A DNA stretch of 64,000 nt, taken from positions 320,001 to 384,000 of the forward strand of contig OY829846.1 of NCBI GenBank assembly GCA_963691875.1, read 5' to 3'. Of the stretch, positions 60,301 through 64,000 are shown one piece after another. The stretch is from Aureliella sp. (lineage in GTDB: Bacteria; Planctomycetota; Planctomycetia; Pirellulales; Pirellulaceae). A program made the translations under genes and the position numbers. The notes under the pieces are model-generated. The model worked only from the letters and a program-made list of their open reading frames with translations. It was not told where the DNA came from and did not search any database. Each line of letters opens with the position of its first letter. Within the stretch, counting starts at the first letter, position 1.

Positions 60301-61200
60301 CTATTCAAACTTCTGGTTGGGAAAGTCTGCCGGAACAGGTATCGTTACTTTTCCAGTAGCGGCCCACTCCGTTCCACGCAAAAACGTCGTCACAAAACTC
60401 CCCTCTTTAATTTGCTTCACATGATGTCCCAAAATCGAGTGGAAGACTCGGCCTTTGCCGTATGAGACAACCATCAAGGCCGGTTCGTGGCGGCCAGTTC
60501 CCCGCTTTTCCTTGGACGAAAATGCGGTCGCTAAGATCGTCACATTCTCCGCCGGACCTCGCAACTTATCGTAAAGCTCATCCGGACCATGTTTGAATTT
60601 GGGAGGAAGTCCTTGCATGATTGGGTGTTGTTGATCCCTGACGACCAACTCGAATTCGTGTTGGGGGCCGTGAGCTCCGCCCCTCCCGTTTGAAGTATCG
60701 CGTACGACTTCGCCCTCGGCGTCAACATACAAATAAGGGCCGCTTTTTTCGTTGCGACCACCCCAACCTCCTAGGGCTGTCATCTTGTTGTACTCGACCC
60801 AATTCGGCCAGCAGTTATTCGCCGCATGGATCGCGACCATGCCTCCGCCGTTGGCCATGTAATCTTCAAAGGCCTTCTGAGTTGCGGCGGGCCAATCGGC
60901 GGCACCAAAACCTTCGTTCATTACGACCACGTCGTACTTGCTGAAATCCGGTCGGTAACTACCGTCTTCGCAGCCCTCCTTCGTTGAGCGAGAGTGATCC
61001 ACCTCGAAACGGGAATCCTTACTTAGAATTTGCTTCAGAACAGGCGTCGTTTCCTGGTGGTTGTGAGCCTTCTGAGGCCCATCAGCAATTAGTACCTTTA
61101 TGCTATCTTCTGCACGGAGACTACGGGTGCCCAGCGAAGCAATGCAGGTGCACAACGAAGCAAAAAAAGCGATGGTTAATACTGAGGAATATCTCTTCAT
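60301..61200 (-). CDS. ThuA-like domain secreted protein
   Basis: Signal peptide; YDVVVMN, GGGMVAIHAA, HPIMQGLP, DELY, YGKGRVFHSILGH, RGTEWAATG. Confidence 0.9.
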   Translation of the reverse strand: MKRYSSVLTIAFFASLCTCIASLGTRSLRAEDSIKVLIADGPQKAHNHQETTPVLKQILSKDSRFEVDHSRSTKEGCEDGSYRPDFSKYDVVVMNEGFGAADWPAATQKAFEDYMANGGGMVAIHAANNCWPNWVEYNKMTALGGWGGRNEKSGPYLYVDAEGEVVRDTSNGRGGAHGPQHEFELVVRDQQHPIMQGLPPKFKHGPDELYDKLRGPAENVTILATAFSSKEKRGTGRHEPALMVVSYGKGRVFHSILGHHVKQIKEGSFVTTFLRGTEWAATGKVTIPVPADFPNQKFE

Positions 61201-61351
61201 GGTTTAGGTTTTCGTGCTTGAAGTCGTCGAAACGTTTGTAACTCTGGTTGTTCGTCGGGTAATCCACTCAACAGCCGCGCAGTGCAGCTTTGCAGCGATG
61301 TCACGTTAGACCCCAACTCAACTTGTCGGATTCAGCGCTGCTACTACGAGT

Positions 61352-62239
61352 TCAAGACTCCGAAGACTTGGGGACTTGGCCTCGCAAGACACTGTTCCCT
61401 TCCATGAGTTCAGCTTGATCATACGAGAACGACTCCTCCCAGTCAGAAGGGTTGAACTGTCCGCTGGCGGCATAAGAGTCGATCGCGTTCTGGTATGTCA
61501 CTTTGGTGATATCAGCTTCATCAATCCCTCGCTCCCTCATGACTGCGGCACAATCCGGTACTGAGAGCGGATTGCTCACTCCCCAGTCAGCCGAACTGTT
61601 GACGATGATACGTTCCGAACCATATTCCTGAACTACATTTGCCATTCTGTCCTTGCCCATTTTTGTATCTGGGTAAATCGTGAAGCCCGCCCAATATCCT
61701 CTGTCGAGCACTTCACGCACGGTTTCCTCATTGTTGTGGTCAATTATTGCCAAATGAGGTGGGACGCCGTGTTCTTCCAACACATCCATGCTTTTGAGTG
61801 TCCCTTCTTTCTTCGCTCGGTGCGGGGTATGAACAAGAATTGGTTTTTTGAATTTCTTCCCAAGCTCAATTTGTAATCGAAAGTACTTGTCCTCGGACTC
61901 ACTTTGGTCGTCGTAGCCAATCTCGCCAACAGCTACGACGCCGTCCTTCACAATGAAAAGCGGGAGGATCTCCATGACCTCTTCGGCCAGCGGTTCGTTG
62001 TTCGCTTCTTTGGAGTTTAATCCGATGGTACAGTAGTGACGGATGCCAAACTGTGACGCACGAAATCGTTCCCAGCCAATGAGTGACGAGAAATAGTCTT
62101 GGAACGTACCGACCGAAGTTCTGGGCTGCCCCAACCAGAATGCTGGTTCGACAACGGCGACAATTCCAGCGGCATGCATCCGCTGATAATCATTAGTGGT
62201 TCGGGAACTCACGTGAATATGAGGGTCGATGTATCGCAT
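61352..62239 (-). CDS. TatD-family metallohydrolase (EboB-like)
   Basis: IDPHIH, EPAFWLGQPRT, GWERFRASQFGIRHYCTIGLNSKEANNE, GEIGYD, VHTPH, DHNNE, NSSADWG; adjacent to an EboA-like gene. Confidence 0.9.
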   Translation of the reverse strand: MRYIDPHIHVSSRTTNDYQRMHAAGIVAVVEPAFWLGQPRTSVGTFQDYFSSLIGWERFRASQFGIRHYCTIGLNSKEANNEPLAEEVMEILPLFIVKDGVVAVGEIGYDDQSESEDKYFRLQIELGKKFKKPILVHTPHRAKKEGTLKSMDVLEEHGVPPHLAIIDHNNEETVREVLDRGYWAGFTIYPDTKMGKDRMANVVQEYGSERIIVNSSADWGVSNPLSVPDCAAVMRERGIDEADITKVTYQNAIDSYAASGQFNPSDWEESFSYDQAELMEGNSVLRGQVPKSSES

Positions 62240-62243
62240 GATT

Positions 62244-62990
62244 CTATTCCTGAAGTAGAGCAGACTTGATCGCGTTAAGCTGAAGTAGTGAAGCCGCACT
62301 CAGAGCCTGCTCGCAAAGTTCGACTACGGCACGAGGAACTGAACGCTGAGCACTGTGTCTTTCGCTGATGTATTGAAAAATCGTTTCTGAGAGAGACGAA
62401 TTATGTCGTTCTCGCAGTCCAACTATTTTACGAACCTCACAGCCAACAAAAATGGCCTTCAGCACCATTTGATTCCATTGATTCTCATTGAAATGCTCTT
62501 GAGGAAAGGGGTTGCCTAGTGCCAGAGCGGAGAATACCGGCACGATATTAGTTCGTGCAGCCTCGGTCGCTATTCGTACAAAGTGCTCTTGAAATTCTAG
62601 TAGCGGCAGAACTCGAATAATTAGCTTTTGTTCGCTGACATCAGCCGTTTGGTAAAGCCTTTCAAGCAGTTTGGTGATTTCTTCTGGCGAACCCGCCCAT
62701 TGCCTGCAAACCGCTTCAAGTGCCATCGACTTGATCATGTCTTTGAGCGGTATTCCCATCAAAGAAGATTGCACAGAACCGCCATTATTAACTTCTTGCG
62801 ACGCGGGATGGTCAGCACACTGAGCACCAATCATCGCCCAAACCTCGATGAGTTGAGACGGCTTAGTCGTGTTAAACGCAGCCTTGAGTGCTGATTCGCC
62901 GAGCGCTGCGTAGCGACTCTCAAGAAGTCGTAGCTGATAGACATCTCGGTAGGTAGTCGCGTAATTCTCGCAGTTTACGTTCTGGCACAT
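62244..62990 (-). CDS. EboA domain-containing protein (start uncertain)
   Basis: LYQTADVSEQ, EAARTNIVPVFSALALGNPFPQEHFNENQWNQMVLKAIF, ERHSAQRSVP; AAAGGA precedes the ATG at 62990. Confidence 0.8.
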   Translation of the reverse strand: MCQNVNCENYATTYRDVYQLRLLESRYAALGESALKAAFNTTKPSQLIEVWAMIGAQCADHPASQEVNNGGSVQSSLMGIPLKDMIKSMALEAVCRQWAGSPEEITKLLERLYQTADVSEQKLIIRVLPLLEFQEHFVRIATEAARTNIVPVFSALALGNPFPQEHFNENQWNQMVLKAIFVGCEVRKIVGLRERHNSSLSETIFQYISERHSAQRSVPRAVVELCEQALSAASLLQLNAIKSALLQE

Positions 62991-63266
62991 TCCTTTTTGA
63001 TTGTCCCTCTCAACGGCAGTCGTGCGGTATATGCAATGAGATTGCTTGTGCAAAGGTTGAGCATTGTAGAGCGCATCGTCGATGGCTGTCAAAACGTTGG
63101 ACCGCCGCTCACAAGACACCTGCTCGAATTTGGACTCGCTGCTGCGAGCAGCGGTTGCATCGGCCTGCTGAAGCGAGCGATCTCGAGCCTCAATTCGGAC
63201 TCGATACCTCACGCAGTCTTAGAGGATCGCTTAATCGAAAAAAATTTTGATTGCTGCACTCGTCCA

Positions 63267-63765
63267 CCGCCCCCTTGCGAAAAGTCCGCACGAGCGAATC
63301 TATAGGTGGGAATGATTAGTTTTCTCCAGAGAAGCGAGCGTCATTGGCTGAAATCGCTGCAGAAGCCTGGTAGGACGCACGATTGCGGCAGCGAAGCAGA
63401 TGGAATTGCTCCGGCGGCACCCTCGATAGTGGATCGACGCTCTGGTTGCGACATTGAATTATGCCGCTTTCCGCAAGTCGCTTTTCAACAAACCGCCGAG
63501 GCGCTCTTTGCATCGGATATCGGACCTCCGAATCGTATCGACGGGGGCAGGCAACTTGCTAGACTTCTTGGTCGGCGTGTGGGTTGGTCGCTCGTTCTCC
63601 AGACCCTGATGAGGGCGTTCCAGGTGGTAGTGCTCGGAAAACTCGGAACGTAGCAGACTCATTTGCTTCTCGCCGAAGACGATAAAGTGATTGATGCACT
63701 CGTTCTTGATCGTTTGCACAAAACGCTCGACAAATGCAACTGTGTTGGGGCCCGAATGGCCGTTC
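63267..63765 (-). mobile_element. IS family B copy 2, truncated (one end plus the transposase 3' part)
   Basis: Colinear with about 49101-49605; encodes ...TIKNECINHFIVFGE...ERPHQGLEN...RCKERLGGLLK. Confidence 0.88.
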
Positions 63766-63908
63766 TCGCCCGCGTTTTTTCTACTCTGCCACGGATCGCC
63801 GAGTATTGATGATCGCTCTGTTATAGATTTACGCTAGCTGGGACTTCCAACATTGCCGGTAGTCGAGGTAAGTCTGGTTAATTTCCAACAGTCTGATGGA
63901 GTCAACCA

Positions 63909-64000
63909 ATGACAAAGAAGAACGACGATCTCACCCCGGAAGAACGCTTTTCAAGAATAGCGGAGATACTCGGAAGGGGGCTAGTGCGGCTCAACAAGAG
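63909..64000 (+). CDS. Start of a small hypothetical protein running off the window
   Basis: MTKKNDDLTPEERFSRIAEILGRGLVRLNK. Confidence 0.45.
   Translation, partial: MTKKNDDLTPEERFSRIAEILGRGLVRLNK

Larger units (their letters stand above)
23968..64000. mobile_element. Probable decayed genomic island or insertion hotspot downstream of tRNA-Asn (right boundary not in the window)
   Basis: All IS copies, the recombinase and tape-measure remnants and most pseudogene fragments lie right of the tRNA; the first IS starts about 85 bp after it. No att duplication was found. Confidence 0.6.

Noticed and set aside
62991..63212. Long N-terminal extension of the EboA-like ORF
   Set aside because: No EboA-like character and a better RBS/ATG at 62990; may be a remnant of an upstream gene.
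1..64000. CRISPR array or cas genes
   Set aside because: No regularly spaced short direct repeats and no Cas motifs seen.

Overview
Bacterial DNA whose gene content (DUF1549/1553, DUF1501, DUF1552, DUF1588-type proteins, ECF sigma factor, exosortase-like protein) points to a planctomycete. About 1-23.9 kb is mostly core genome: sucA (partial)-sucB, a TPR hybrid histidine kinase, a degenerate exosortase-like protein, PhoD, a Mn/Zn ABC transporter with a candidate DtxR/MntR operator, metK, several secreted proteins, a deleted malic-enzyme pseudogene, an ECF sigma factor and a lipase split at a C7 tract. From tRNA-Asn(GTT) at 23895 to the window end the sequence looks like a decayed accessory island. 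It holds four related rve-type IS copies or remnants with apparently sub-terminal inverted repeats, an IS-bracketed DUF1553/DUF1501 pair, serine-recombinase, IS256 and phage tape-measure remnants, more planctomycete DUF clusters, unusual fusion proteins and a partial ebo cluster. The most notable locus is a ribonucleotide reductase operon. Its R2 has the Chlamydia-type class Ic (Mn/Fe, no tyrosyl radical) signature. It is preceded by a DnaA box, a near-consensus sigma70 promoter and a cobalamin riboswitch with an extra hairpin, and an unknown 93-aa gene sits between nrdA and nrdB. All calls come from reading motifs by eye; no database searches were run.
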